From Mobula hypostoma (Eukaryota): DNA of 64,000 bases. The notes beneath the pieces were generated by a model. That model was not told the DNA's origin. It made no database searches and saw only the letters and a program-made list of their open reading frames with translations. Location of the stretch: the NCBI RefSeq assembly GCF_963921235.1, contig NC_086128.1, positions 15,500,001 to 15,564,000 on the forward strand, given 5' to 3'. The translations under genes and the position numbers were made by a program. Positions 48,016 to 59,486 of the stretch are shown here, in pieces (positions within the stretch are counted from its first letter, which is position 1; each line of letters opens with the position of its first letter).

Positions 48016-51000
48016 GTACCGTACCGTATCCAGCTCTGTCTGTAACCCGCTGCTGCGCCTGTCTTGGCAGCATTGTGCAAATGTCTCTTTTCACTTCCTC
48101 GCCAGCTCAATGCAAAAATCTAAGCGTGTGTTCATTCCTCACCCGCAGGTTCGCCTTCTCGAACAGCAAAATGCTCAGCTGAAGGTCAAACTGGAGCTTC
48201 TGAAGAGGCAGGGGACCTACACCTCCAACATCGATAACATGTTCCAAACTTACATTGACAACCTCAAGAGGCAACTGGAAACTCTTGGGCAGGAGAAGCT
48301 GAAGTTCGAATCGGACCTTGTGCAGATGCAAGGTCTAGTTGAGGACTTTAAGGGCAAGTAAGTGTACTGTCTCCCACCAGGATTTCCCAACTCGTCCCGT
48401 ATCTGTTCACTGGTTCAGAGAGAAAAAAAGAGCGGAATCGGGCAAATCGTGGGCGGGGTAAACGTTCGAACAATTCCCGGTTACAATCAGCTATTTTCCA
48501 CTGGGTTTCTTTGTAACCTAACAGCAGCTAGTGGAGGTCTGGAAGCTGGGTCGGGCAAGTGCCCGTCGGGGAGAGCTCCGTTAAGACTGAGGTCTGGATA
48601 GAGAGGTGTCACTCAGAGCTCAGGGAGTCACCGAAATAGCCGTCAGTTCAGGGACGGCAGCGTATGTTGTTTCATTCCGTCGAGGCGCGGCACGGTCGAC
48701 CTGTCTGGCGTAGCGGGATGCTGTGTCTTGCGGAATCAAATGTCAGGAAGAGCGGTGCACACACGGGGATAAATAGAAGTGTGAGGAAATCATGGCTAAG
48801 CAGCAGGGAGCAGGGAGTTCCGACAACCAGCATGGCCCTGTCGAAGAAATGGGACAGAAATGTTGATTTCCAAGGGATTGCCAGTAACGTCAGTGGTTCA
48901 TTTCAGATACGAAGATGAAATTAACAAGAGAACTGAAATGGAAAACGAGTTTGTCATGGTGAAGAAGGTGAGCACTATTTTCTAGCTCTCTGCAGGACCA
49001 TATCAGTGGTCTTCAATAGATTTACAAACCTTGTGCCCTACTCTCTCCAGGATGTTGATGAATCCTACATGAACAAGGTGGAATTGGAAGCAAAACTAGA
49101 AAGCCTGACTGATGAAATTGAATTCCTGAAGACAATCTTCCAAGAGGTAAATATGCTACATGGTGCAAGAGCCTTCTGGTCCTTTTGCTGTTCAATTCCA
49201 TCTCCTTACACTAGTTTTGCTCTGCCCATCTTTAGGAAATCCGTGAGCTGGAGTCACAGATTCAGAACACTGCTGTCAGCGTGCAGGTGGACACTAGCCG
49301 CAACCTGAACATAGACCAGATCATCAGTGAAGTCAAGGCCCAATACCAAAGTATGGCAGATAAATGCCGTGATGATGCCGAGAACTGGAAAAAGGCGAAG
49401 GTGAGCTCCAGCTCCAGCCCCACGTAGAAGTGCATTGATAGCTCTGACCTCTGTGCTGGGAGGAGAAACCCTTACTGACGTCTACCAGTGTCTCCTTGCA
49501 GATGGTGGAACTCAGCACAATGCCTGGAGGTCATGCGGAAGAAGTGCGAGTGATCAAATCGGAGTGTAATGATCTGCAGAATCGCATCCGTAAGCTGACT
49601 GGGGACATCGAGTATCTGAAGCAGCAGGTAAGTCAGGAAGTGAAAGCAAACAAGAGATCTTGGTTGCGGCCTAACGACGGTAGCAAAATGTCTTTCCTCT
49701 CAAGTCCCGAGTTCTAATGCAGCGACACGACCCAAATGGTCAATAATTCTTTTTGCCTTCACGGATGCTACTTCACCCGCTGATCTTCTGCAGTAGTTCT
49801 GCTATTTTCTTACTCCAGACTGCAGCATCTGCCGTCTCTTGCATCTGCACTTTTCTCTTCCCAGCCCAAAGCAAATGACCAAGAGACAGCTGAAACACAG
49901 GTCAATCTGAGCTAAATCATACACTGGGGAACTTTCAGTAGTAACAACCTGGCTGGTTCCTTCCACTGTAACCCTGGTGAACTCGATTACTCCTAAGCCA
50001 ATCTGCAATACTCTACTCTCAGTATGGCTCTTTCCGATAGCAGGGTGGGGATGTTGGCAAGGCTTCATGTTATAATCTGCAAAAATGTCCACACTAACCT
50101 CTGTGTGACTCAGCGTTTGAAACTGGAGGCTGCGATCGCTGAAGCAGAGGAACGTGGCGAGATGTCTCTCAAAGACAGTAAACAAAATATCGTTGATCTG
50201 CAAGAAGCCATCAGGAAAGCAAAACAGGAGATTGCCAAGCAAACTCGTGAAATCGACGAGCTGATAAATGTCAAGCTGGCTCTGGATATCGAAATTAACA
50301 CCTACAGTAAACTACTGGCGCAAGAGGAAATCAGGTAGGGCTTTGGTCTTTTCCAAGTTGCAGATATCACACTGGGTTGATGCCACAGTCCTGCGTACTT
50401 GCAGATTACAATCTGTACAGGCTCTTTATTGCACTCTTCATTCCTAGAGTCTTTGTCTTTAATGGGGCATTTGGTCCAGGGAGCGGCACTTACTTTTGTT
50501 TAAAGGCTGGTTTTCATCTGACCCCAGAAATACATCAGACTCACTCTCCGAATGAACATCTAGTCAGTGATTCAGTCACCACTAGGTGAACTCTCCCCTG
50601 ATGCTGCAGTGGATGAAGCATTGTACAACATAAGCAGGCTGACGAATAGCTCCCTGCGCACACTGACGAGGCTACTGCTGTTCACCAGCAGCACTGGAAC
50701 TTACAGAATCAGTGTCTCGGGCAAGGCTCGACAGAGTCAATGTGCCCATCAACTTCACCCATGCAGCTCATTGCTGCTTTCAGAAGGAAACCCTTGGTAA
50801 CTTGAAAAAGATATATTTCTGAACATCCTAGAAATGGCTGTTGTTACACAAGTGTTTCCTTTATCAACAGGATGGTAGAAGGCGTCAAAACCCTCAGCGT
50901 CCAACAAGTTTCACAGCAAGGTAAGAGAACGTATAATCCTTGCTTGAGATTTTAACTACTGACCAAAACACAAAACGCAAAATGAAAAATGGAATATTCT

Positions 51001-54000
51001 GGAAATATTCTTCATTCTTCTCCAAGTCTTGATACCTCATTGTTCTGTTTACAAATCATTCTGTTGTACATTTTCAGAGCAGTGGTACTCATTTCTGTGA
51101 TTGTATTTCTTATGAATGTTTTCCAAATGATTTTCCTGAATTGATATCATCAATGGTTCACTGTCCTTTGTTGCTCTCTTCTCCCTTTCACATGCTCTAA
51201 AATTACTCTTCCCAAAAAAGGCTCACATTTAACATTTCCTTCTTATAAATCAACACCCTCTTTGACATCTTTCTGTTGCCTTCAGTCCTCAAATGTCCCG
51301 TTGCGTCCTAAATTGGGGTTGAATGACACCCTGACACCCCATACGATTGTGACCATGGTCAGCAATGCCTCTTTGTCCTTTCTTTACCTGTCTGCAACAA
51401 AAGATGCCATTGCTTGTTTAATCATCGTCCAATGATAGGAAACAGCTTCTTACCCCAGGCCATAAGACGAATGAATTCCCTGCCACCTCTCAGGTCTCAT
51501 CACACATGAAGCACCAGTAGCGTTATACTGTTTACTTTTTAACTTGTGTTGTCAATGCACCCTTATTATTTGTTAATTTATTTGTGGCTATATTACTTTA
51601 TGTGTTCTGTGCCAGTTGTATATACCATGTTGTGCACTTTGGTCTGGAGGAGTACTGTTTCGTTTGGCGGTATACATGTGTACGATTGAATGACAATAAC
51701 CTTGAACTTGAACAATGCTTCACCTTTGAATAGTCCTTCCCTGTTCTCATTTGGTAGGCAGATTATTTCCTATAATCCAAAGTCTGCAAAGGCCTATTTC
51801 TCACCTATGATCATGATCTCAGTGATAGCATCCAAAACCGAGCATCGCATTCCTCTGATACTGTGAAAAAATGCAGATGCTACAAATATGAAATTTAAAA
51901 ATTACACTGGAAATACGCAGCAGGCCAGGTAGCATCCAAGGGAAGAGCAATAGAGTCAATGTTTCATGTCAAAAGTCGCTCATCAGAACTGAGAAAGAAA
52001 GAAAGTAAGAGTTTTAAGTTGCCAGGAAGGTGGGGGACAGGTCAATAGGACCAAGGGAGTATCTCAGATAGGGGGAAGCCAAGATTGCTATTTAGATAAG
52101 TTGTTGGCGTCACCCAGTCGACGGGTTAATCGGGGCAGTTAGAGAGTGAGAATACAAAGAGAGGAGCTTGACAAGGTGTGAAATGTCAGGCTGTCTGACG
52201 TGTCCAGTCGGCCAGGCCTACTTTTAAAGTGAGGTAAATCAGTGTGCAAATAGAGGAATTAAGTTCCCTTATGTCGCCGTACTCAGTTTCAAGTGGAGAA
52301 GGCAGCAACATGGCCCAGACAGAAAATGAGTTGCAAAGCGCATGTTGGTCCTCCTTATATCAGCATATTATAAATTGAATATTAGAAATTGAAGCCACAG
52401 ACAGAGGTCAGAGTGGGAGATGGATGGAGAGTTAAATAGGCAACAAAAGGGAGCTTTGGTCACTCCTGGTGCTCTGCAATGTTGTCACTCCGTCTGCAGC
52501 TGGTGGAGGAAACCACACTGTGAACACTGAGTGCAAGACACTAGATTGAAAGAAGTGCAAGTGAATTGTTGCTCCAACTTGAGGGACTGTTTGCATCCCC
52601 AGACACTGGGAAGGAAAGAGGTGAACGGACAGGTGTAGCATCTCCTGTAATTTCACAAAACACGCAGTGACATTGGGATAGAAGACAGTTGCCCAGGGAA
52701 TCACAAAGGGAACAGTCTCGTTTACATGATGAAAGGCAGGGAAGGTATGGACGTATCCAGTTGTGGAATATTGTGGAAGCTGGTGCAAATTGTAAAGGAT
52801 GAGCTGTTAAACACTGAGCTGGTGAGGTGGAAGATAATGACTAGAGGATCTCTGTCCTTGCTCTGTCTGACAGGTGAGGGATGGAGAGCAGAGATGCAGG
52901 AAATAGATGAACTACGGCCAAAAACTCCATTGACTGTGGTAGAGGAGAAAGTACAGGTCATGGTAGAAGTCATTTTAGAAACACATGAAAGTCTTTAACA
53001 ATTCCTGCAATAAGTTTATTTTCAATCAAAGCTACCGTAGTCTTAGTGGCCACTCTTATTAGGTACCTGCTCATGGTCTTCTGTTGCTGTAGCACATCCA
53101 CTTCAAGGTTTAACCATTATGTGCCTTTCAGATGCTCTTCTGCACACCACTGTTGTGACACGTAGTAATTTGAGTTACTGTCGTCTTCCTGTCAGCTTCA
53201 ACCAGTCTGGCCTTTCTCCTCTGACTTCTCTCATCAACAAGGCTTTTTCACTCACAGAACTTCCACTCACTGATTGTCCTTGTTTTGTGTACCATTCTCT
53301 GTAAACTCTAGAGACTGTTGTGCACGAAAATCCCAGGAGACCAGCAGTTCTTGAGATACTCAAATTATCCCGTCTGACACCAACAATCATTTGGGTCAAC
53401 GTCACTTCGGTTACATTTCTTCCCCCATCTGATGTTTGATCTGAACAACTGAACCTCTTGAACATGTCTGCATGCCTTTGTGCACTGAGTTGCTGCCACA
53501 TAATTGACTGATTAGATATTTGCATGAGCCAGCAGGTGTACAAGGTGTGCCTAATAAAGAGGCCACTGAATGTATGTTGTCCATTTTATAAATTATTCTA
53601 CCCCCCATCATCTTTTGTGCTCACTGACTTATAGAAACATAGAAAATAGGTGCAGGAGTAGGCCATTCGGCCCTTCGAGCCTGCACCACCATTTATTATG
53701 ATCATGGCTGATCATCCAACTCAGAACCCCGCCACAGCCTTCCCTCCATACCCCCTGACCCCCGTAGCCACAAGGGCCATATCTAACTCCCTCTTAAATA
53801 TAGCCAATGAACTGGCCTCAACTGTTTCCTGTGGCAGAGAATTCCACAGATTCACCACTCTCTGTGTGAAGAAGTTTTTCCTAATCTCGGTCCTAAAAGG
53901 CTTCCCATCTATCCTCAAACTGTGACCCCTCGTTTTGGACTTCCCCAACATCGGGAACGATCTTCCTGCATCTAGCCTGTCCAATCCCTTTAGGATCTTA

Positions 54001-54843
54001 TACGTTTCAATCAGATCCCCCCGTCAATCTTCTAAATTCCAACGAGTACAAGCCCAGTTCATCCAGTCTTTCTTCATATGAAAGTCCTGCCATCCCAGGA
54101 ATCGATCTGGTGAACCTTCGTTGTACTCCCTCTATGGCAAGGATGTTTTCCTCAGATTAGGGGACCAAAACTGCACGCAATACTCCAGGTGTGGTCTCAC
54201 CAAGGCCTTGTACAACTGCAGTCGTACCTCCCTGCTCCTGTACTCGAATCCTGTCGCTATAAATGCCAGATAAATGCTATAAATATTGGCTCCTAAACTG
54301 ATATACCTCAGTTTTAGGATCTGAGTCTTCAAATCTTTCCATAGCATTGATCTTCCCTATCTCTGTAAACGACTCTGCACACCCTGAGCCATGACTGATG
54401 GGATGCCACTCATGGATAAGTAGTTCCTACATTTCAGTGATTTCTTTCTCAAAATTTCATTTCCACCTTTTTTCTCTTTCCTGTAAAATTTATCATTTCA
54501 AAATGCTTTGATATATCTGTATACATAAAATCTTAGAGTCAAGCATTTGCTTACTAAAAGTTACCTGAAGCACTTGGGGCTGTCTTTCTCTGTTAAGATT
54601 GCGACCTGCTTGATGTCATTGCAATTGTTTTCTCAATTTCAGGATCCATATTCTAAAGTGTCTTTTTCCTTTCCTCTCCCTTTTACAGGAAGTTTTGGGG
54701 ATTTCAGCAGCGCAAGTAGTGGTATGTCTGGCTACCTCAAAGGGGGCAGTGAGATGGAAACTGGTGGAAAAAGAGCAGTAATTCTGAGCTCAGTGCAGCA
54801 GACCTCTACAAGCAGAAGTGGATCTTCAATCAATCAGTTATAA
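47629..54843 (+). CDS. Keratin gene B: divergent type II (K8-like) keratin, complete, 489 aa
   Basis: join(47629..48015,48149..48357,48907..48967,49051..49146,49236..49400,49502..49627,50114..50334,50871..50920,54689..54843) = 1470 nt, open frame, all GT-AG; canonical 209/61/96/165/126/221 exons; Ser/Gly/Arg-rich head. Confidence 0.94.
48149..48357 (+). CDS. Keratin B exon 2 (VRLLEQQN...GLVEDFKG)
   Basis: 209 bp; ccgcag acceptor, gtaagt donor. Confidence 0.95.
48907..48967 (+). CDS. Keratin B exon 3 ([20 protein letters not shown])
   Basis: 61 bp; tttcag acceptor, gtgagc donor. Confidence 0.95.
49051..49146 (+). CDS. Keratin B exon 4 ([32 protein letters not shown])
   Basis: 96 bp; ctccag acceptor, gtaaat donor. 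Confidence 0.95.
49236..49400 (+). CDS. Keratin B exon 5 ([24 protein letters not shown]...ENWKKAK)
   Basis: 165 bp; ctttag acceptor, gtgagc donor. Confidence 0.95.
49502..49627 (+). CDS. Keratin B exon 6 ([16 protein letters not shown]...YLKQQ)
   Basis: 126 bp; ttgcag acceptor, gtaagt donor. Confidence 0.93.
50114..50334 (+). CDS. Keratin B exon 7 (...[20 protein letters not shown])
   Basis: 221 bp; actcag acceptor, gtaggg donor. Confidence 0.94.
50871..50920 (+). CDS. Keratin B exon 8 ([16 protein letters not shown])
   Basis: caacag acceptor, gtaaga donor; phase 2 in, phase 1 out. Confidence 0.85.
51865..52990 (-). mobile_element. Old Penelope-like element fragment in keratin B intron 8
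   Basis: ISALHPSP...[10 protein letters not shown] is homologous to the Penelope at 60300-60540; terminal repeat with hammerhead-like core at 51955-51990. Confidence 0.65.
53040..53572 (-). mobile_element. Non-autonomous Tc1/mariner derivative with HTH remnant
   Basis: agtggccact.ttattagg / cctaataaagaggccact TIRs; [30 protein letters not shown]. Confidence 0.75.
53631..54269 (-). mobile_element. 5'-truncated CR1, same subfamily as 26568-29530
   Basis: High identity by eye to 28885-29522, including the 3' tail. Confidence 0.9.
54689..54843 (+). CDS. Keratin B exon 9, tail ([51 protein letters not shown])
   Basis: Long polypyrimidine tract plus cag acceptor; Ser/Gly-rich tail in the correct phase; TAA at 54841-54843. 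Confidence 0.82.
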
Positions 54844-55184
54844 ACTACTGTCAGTTATGTCTCTGGTGACTCTCTTGCCAGTTTTTATACTTCATTCACA
54901 TAGCCTGTTCAGTGAAGTGGTTAACTTGTTTAGATTAACTTTCTGCCTGATCTTGGAATTCTACTCAATTTTACATCGTTAAGCAACATGAAATTAACTG
55001 ATACACAGCAAACGTCAAGTTAGTCTGTAACTTGGGTTTGTGGGAAAAGTGGAAAGTTCATCCTTTACTTCTTGGGCCTTTGAATATAGGAAATTAATCA
55101 AAGTTTTAGATGTGGTGCTCTGATTTGTGATTTTGACTCACTTTATGTTGGGGATTTATCTTTTGTGGCATTTCTGTAATACTG

Positions 55185-55190
55185 AATAAA
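55185..55190 (+). terminator. Probable polyadenylation signal of keratin B
   Basis: AATAAA about 340 bp after the stop codon. Confidence 0.6.
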
Positions 55191-55449
55191 CTGAAATTTT
55201 TGAATCTGCCAATCTGGACTCTTTCTTTCCTTAAGCACATTATTCAAGTACTGAAAAGAGAAACCATCATACCTTTGTCAGAAATTCAAGAACTTTGAAA
55301 TAATTTGTAAGTTAGAGGAAGGTTACTGAAAAAAACATAAAATATGTCTAAAACTATCACACAAGTCCAAGCATAGCAGCCAGCTAGCTCCTCCTTCACC
55401 AAAGAAGTTACTTTTACATTGTCTTAGAGAACATATTTATCGACTTATT

Positions 55450-55713
55450 GAGATACAGCGCGGAACAGGCCCTTTGAGCCCTTCAAGCCATATTGCCCAA
55501 TTTTTAACACTAGCCTAATCATGGGACAATTTACAATGACCAATTAACCTACCGACCTGTACGTCTTTGGACTGTGGGAGGAAACTGGAGCACCCGGAGG
55601 AAACCCACGCGGTCACAGTGAGAACATACAAACTCCTTACAGGCAGTGGCGGGAACTGAACCTCAGTTGTCTACACTGTAAAGCATTGTGCTAACAACTG
55701 CACTACAGTGCCA
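55450..55713 (-). mobile_element. HE1-like tRNA-derived V-SINE
   Basis: V-domain gtttgtatgttctc...cgcgtgggtttcctccgggtgctccagtttcctcccacagtccaaagacgt, tRNA-like head and CR1-like tail. Confidence 0.8.
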
Positions 55714-56019
55714 TTGGAATCTGATAAAAAAATTTTAATCGCATGAATATTCTCCTTTCTCTCAAGAGTTCTGAGCATCGTAAAGGCTGCCCAGTTGAAA
55801 GGTATAGTGAGAGACACAAAGGATCAGAACAATCCCATGGGAAACAGTCCAAGTTGAATGAGGAAAGTAACCTTCATCTATGGGCAGTGAGCGTCCTGGA
55901 TGAAACAGTCTCTCACCTGTTTCAAGTTAGTATAGGCCTGCAATTTCCAATCTCCAGTTTACAAGAAGAACTACAAAGCATATCCATAGAAAGTGATAGT
56001 ACAAGAGATTAGGGTAATA

Positions 56020-57450
56020 AAATAGGTGTAGGTTATGCTTGCCTTCATTGGTCAGGGTATTGAGTTAAAGTTGGCAAATCAGTTGTAGCTACACAAAACT
56101 TTGGCTAGGCCACATTTGGAGTATTTTGTCCCATTCTGGTTTCTGCACTGCAGGAAGAATGGAAGGACTTTGGACCGAGAATGTATAAGAGATTCGCCAG
56201 GATGCTGTATGGATTGGAGAGTATTCGATGTGTTGGTGGCTGAGGGGGCGACATGATAAAGAGTATATAAAATTATGAGAGGTAAAGATCGGGTAACTAA
56301 TCAGAGTTTTTTACCAGGTGGAAATGTCAAATATTGGAGGACATACGTAGATTTAAGGTGAAAGTAGGAAAGTTTAAAGAAAATGTACAAGTCAGGTTCT
56401 TTATACAGAGAGTGGTGGATGCCTAGAATGTGCTGAAACACTGGTTGTTGGAAGTAGACAGGATATGAACATTTTAGAACCACTTATGCAGCCACGTGAA
56501 CAGGCAGGGAATGTAGACAATTTGCAGGAAGATAGGATGAATTGAAAATTGGAAATCACTAACAAAACAAATTACAACGGGAGATAAACAAGGCATCTCA
56601 AAGGGCAAAGTGACAATAGTCAGATTTCAATATGCAGATAGATTGGGAAAATCAAGTTGATGCTGGATTCCAAGAGAGGATTTGTAGATTGCGGACAAGA
56701 TGGCCCTTTTAAAGAATGTGGTGCTTGAGCCCACTAGGGAAAAAGGCTATTCTGGAATGGGTTTTGTGTAATGAACCAGATTTGATGAGGAAGCTTAAAG
56801 TAAAGGAACCCTTATGAGACAGTGATCATAATATGATAGAATTCACCCTGCAATTTGAGAGGGAGAAGCTAAAGTCAGATGTATCAGTATTCCAGTGGAG
56901 TAAAGGGAATTACAGAGGCATGAGAGGGGTGCTGGCCAAAGCTGATCGGAAGGAAACATTAGCAGGGATGACGGCAGAGCAACAATGGTTAGAGCCTCTG
57001 GGAGCAATTTGGAAGATACAGGACAGATACATCCCAAAGAAGAAATATTCTAAAGGCAAGTGGCTGACAAGAGAAGTCAAGGCCGACATAAGAGCAAAAC
57101 ACAGGGCATATAATAGAAGGAAAATTAGTGGGAAACTTGAGGAGTGGGAAGCTTTCAGAAATCAACAGAAGGCAACTAAAATAGCCATAAGGAGCTAAAA
57201 AATGAGCTACAAAGGTAAGCTAGCCAACAATATCAAAAACGATATCAAAAGTAGCCTCCCATAGTGCGTGAGTCTCAGAGCAGAGGGTATACACTCAGGA
57301 TAGAGGGACGTCCATTTAGAATGAAGATTAGGAGAGATTTCTATAGCCAGGGGGTGGTGAATCTGTGGAATTTGTTGCCATAATTGGCTGTGGAGGCCAG
57401 GTCATCAGGTGTATTTAAGGTGGGGGTTCATAGATTCTTGATAACTCAGA
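56020..57450 (+). mobile_element. Decayed CR1 fragments (3' ORF2 piece, then an endonuclease piece joined directly to a 3' piece near 57255)
   Basis: SDHNMIEFTLQFEREK, homologous to 14291-14719. Confidence 0.8.
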
Positions 57451-57473
57451 GCATCCAGATAGTATGTTTTATA

Positions 57474-58178
57474 TGTAAGGGGTTTCTTCTTTTATGTCTT
57501 CTTTTATGGCTTCTTTGTTATGTTATAATTAAAATGGCTTCTTTGTTATGTTAAATGCTGAGAAAGTTCTCTCGCTCACAGCTTGTTTGGGTTATCATGT
57601 TGATAAGAGAACAAATGAACCAGTGGGCATCCACGTTATTCTTTCTAGTGTGTCTGTAAGTTATTATGATGCGTGGGTTTTTGGGGAGAAGGCGCGATGG
57701 ACACAGAGAGGATGGACAATCTGCTGTGAGCTGGCTAACGGGGTCGGACCCGAGCAGGAGTCCAAGGTCGGGGGTCTTCGGTGAGGAGAGGAGACGGCGA
57801 CAGACTCGTGTGGAGCGTCTGGTCGACCACCGTGGTTGGTCCCAGGCGGCACGTCGGAGTGGTCAGAGGGGAACGAATGGTGAAGAGAGGATCGTTACTA
57901 GAGCTCCAACTGTTTGTGCATGAAGAGATTGAACTTTGATAAGTGTGGCGCCTTTTATTTCCTTTTTATATTTTATGTCTATTCATTATATAGTTCCAGT
58001 AATCTCTATAAACTGTCATTCATTTTATCATATATGGTGTATTGTCTGTTATTTGGCGGGGTGGGGTACATCACACAGCATCCACGAAAACTTAATTACC
58101 CAGTTTGGCGGGGCCGAGGGCTGTTTCCCGAGATGACAGAAAGTTGAGCGACCCTAAGGCTTGCCAGGGGGGCTTACA
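57474..58178. mobile_element. Solo LTR (705 bp), inserted in a Rex1/Babar fragment
   Basis: TGTAAG...CTTACA inverted termini; near-TSD tata/taca; CpG-rich relative to its flanks. Confidence 0.7.
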
Positions 58179-59486
58179 TACAGAATCTGTGCAAATTGGT
58201 GAGGGTCATCAGGGACATGCTGAGGTTCCTTAGAATTCTGAGGAAGTAGAGGCACTAATGTGCTTTCTTGGCTGTATCATCCACGTAGCTGAGCCAAGAC
58301 AAATTGTCGGTGATAAGAACACCTGGTCATTTGAAACTCCCAACCATCTCCACTACAGCACCATTGATAGACATGGGTGTGTTCTCCACCCCACTTCTTG
58401 AAGTCATTGAAAGATCAAACACATTATTGGGATGTGACTGCAGCATTATCAAAGGTTCCAGTGCCCTAAATTTAGTAAAGTACACAGAGTGGAAGTTGCA
58501 TACGATTGCTTTTAACTGGAGTAGCTATTGCACATCTAACTCTGCTCCAGCTTGCACATTTGGTGCCTCTCTGAGTCATACCTCAGCCATATTTATAAAC
58601 TCGATTCTGGCCAGGTGCTTAATCATACCCCATTCACCCATTTACCTCCCGGCCATTTTCTGACTGCACGTTGCAGGACCATGTTCATATCGATGTTTCC
58701 TGCCCACATCCAGCTGCATACATGGCCCAGTTCCCAGCTTTGTCCTTGGGCGTGAAGGAGGGAGTCAATATCCCTGCTGTCATTAATGTAAGGTTCTGTT
58801 CTCAGCAATTTGCTGAGGATCGATGGCTAAGCCAGAAGTAGGTGAGCTTGGCAAGTTAGTAGTTGCCATCTTGAGCATGGTTAAAGCTATATATGCAGCT
58901 GATCGTCCCCCACCATCAGCTTCTCTGTGATCTTCTCTGCCAATAATTCACTAATGGCAGTGTAAGTGGCTTTTTGAGGGCAAACAGATCATCTGTTGGA
59001 ATCTCACCATGGATTATGCAACTTGACAGCAAGAGATGAAATACTGCAGATCATGAAGTAACGTGCATAATCCTGAGCACAAATAAAGCTGATGCCTTGA
59101 GAAAACCAGGATAGTGATTCTAGGGCCTTGTACCAAAATCTCCAACTACACACTACTGATTTCCCAACAATATCCTAAGCCTGGTTTCATCTTCTGAATT
59201 AAGCATAGAAAATAAAGTGCCACTGCTATCTAAATGTCAACAACAATACTTTCATTATTGAGATTGGCAAAATACATACAATAAATGTGTACAAATTCCA
59301 TGTGTTTGCTAGGTGAAAATGTATTGTCAACCTTGAACCTGATTTGTCAACCTGTATTGCACTTGCTCTGTAATATTCATGTCACGGTCCCGGCCGTCCC
59401 TTCTATTTATTCCTGATGTTCTCCAAATTCCCTTTTCCCGCGTGTTTCTCCAGCTCCCCGTCTGTGTGTGTGTGTTTGTGTGTGTG

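Noticed and set aside
51758-51810. Possible alternative terminal exon of keratin B ([17 protein letters not shown])
   Set aside because: Weak acceptor, no keratin-tail character and located among TE fragments; the 54689 exon fits much better
58420-58990. Possible decayed non-LTR retrotransposon C-terminus on the minus strand
   Set aside because: Only a faint motif resemblance with many stops; cannot be supported without a profile search
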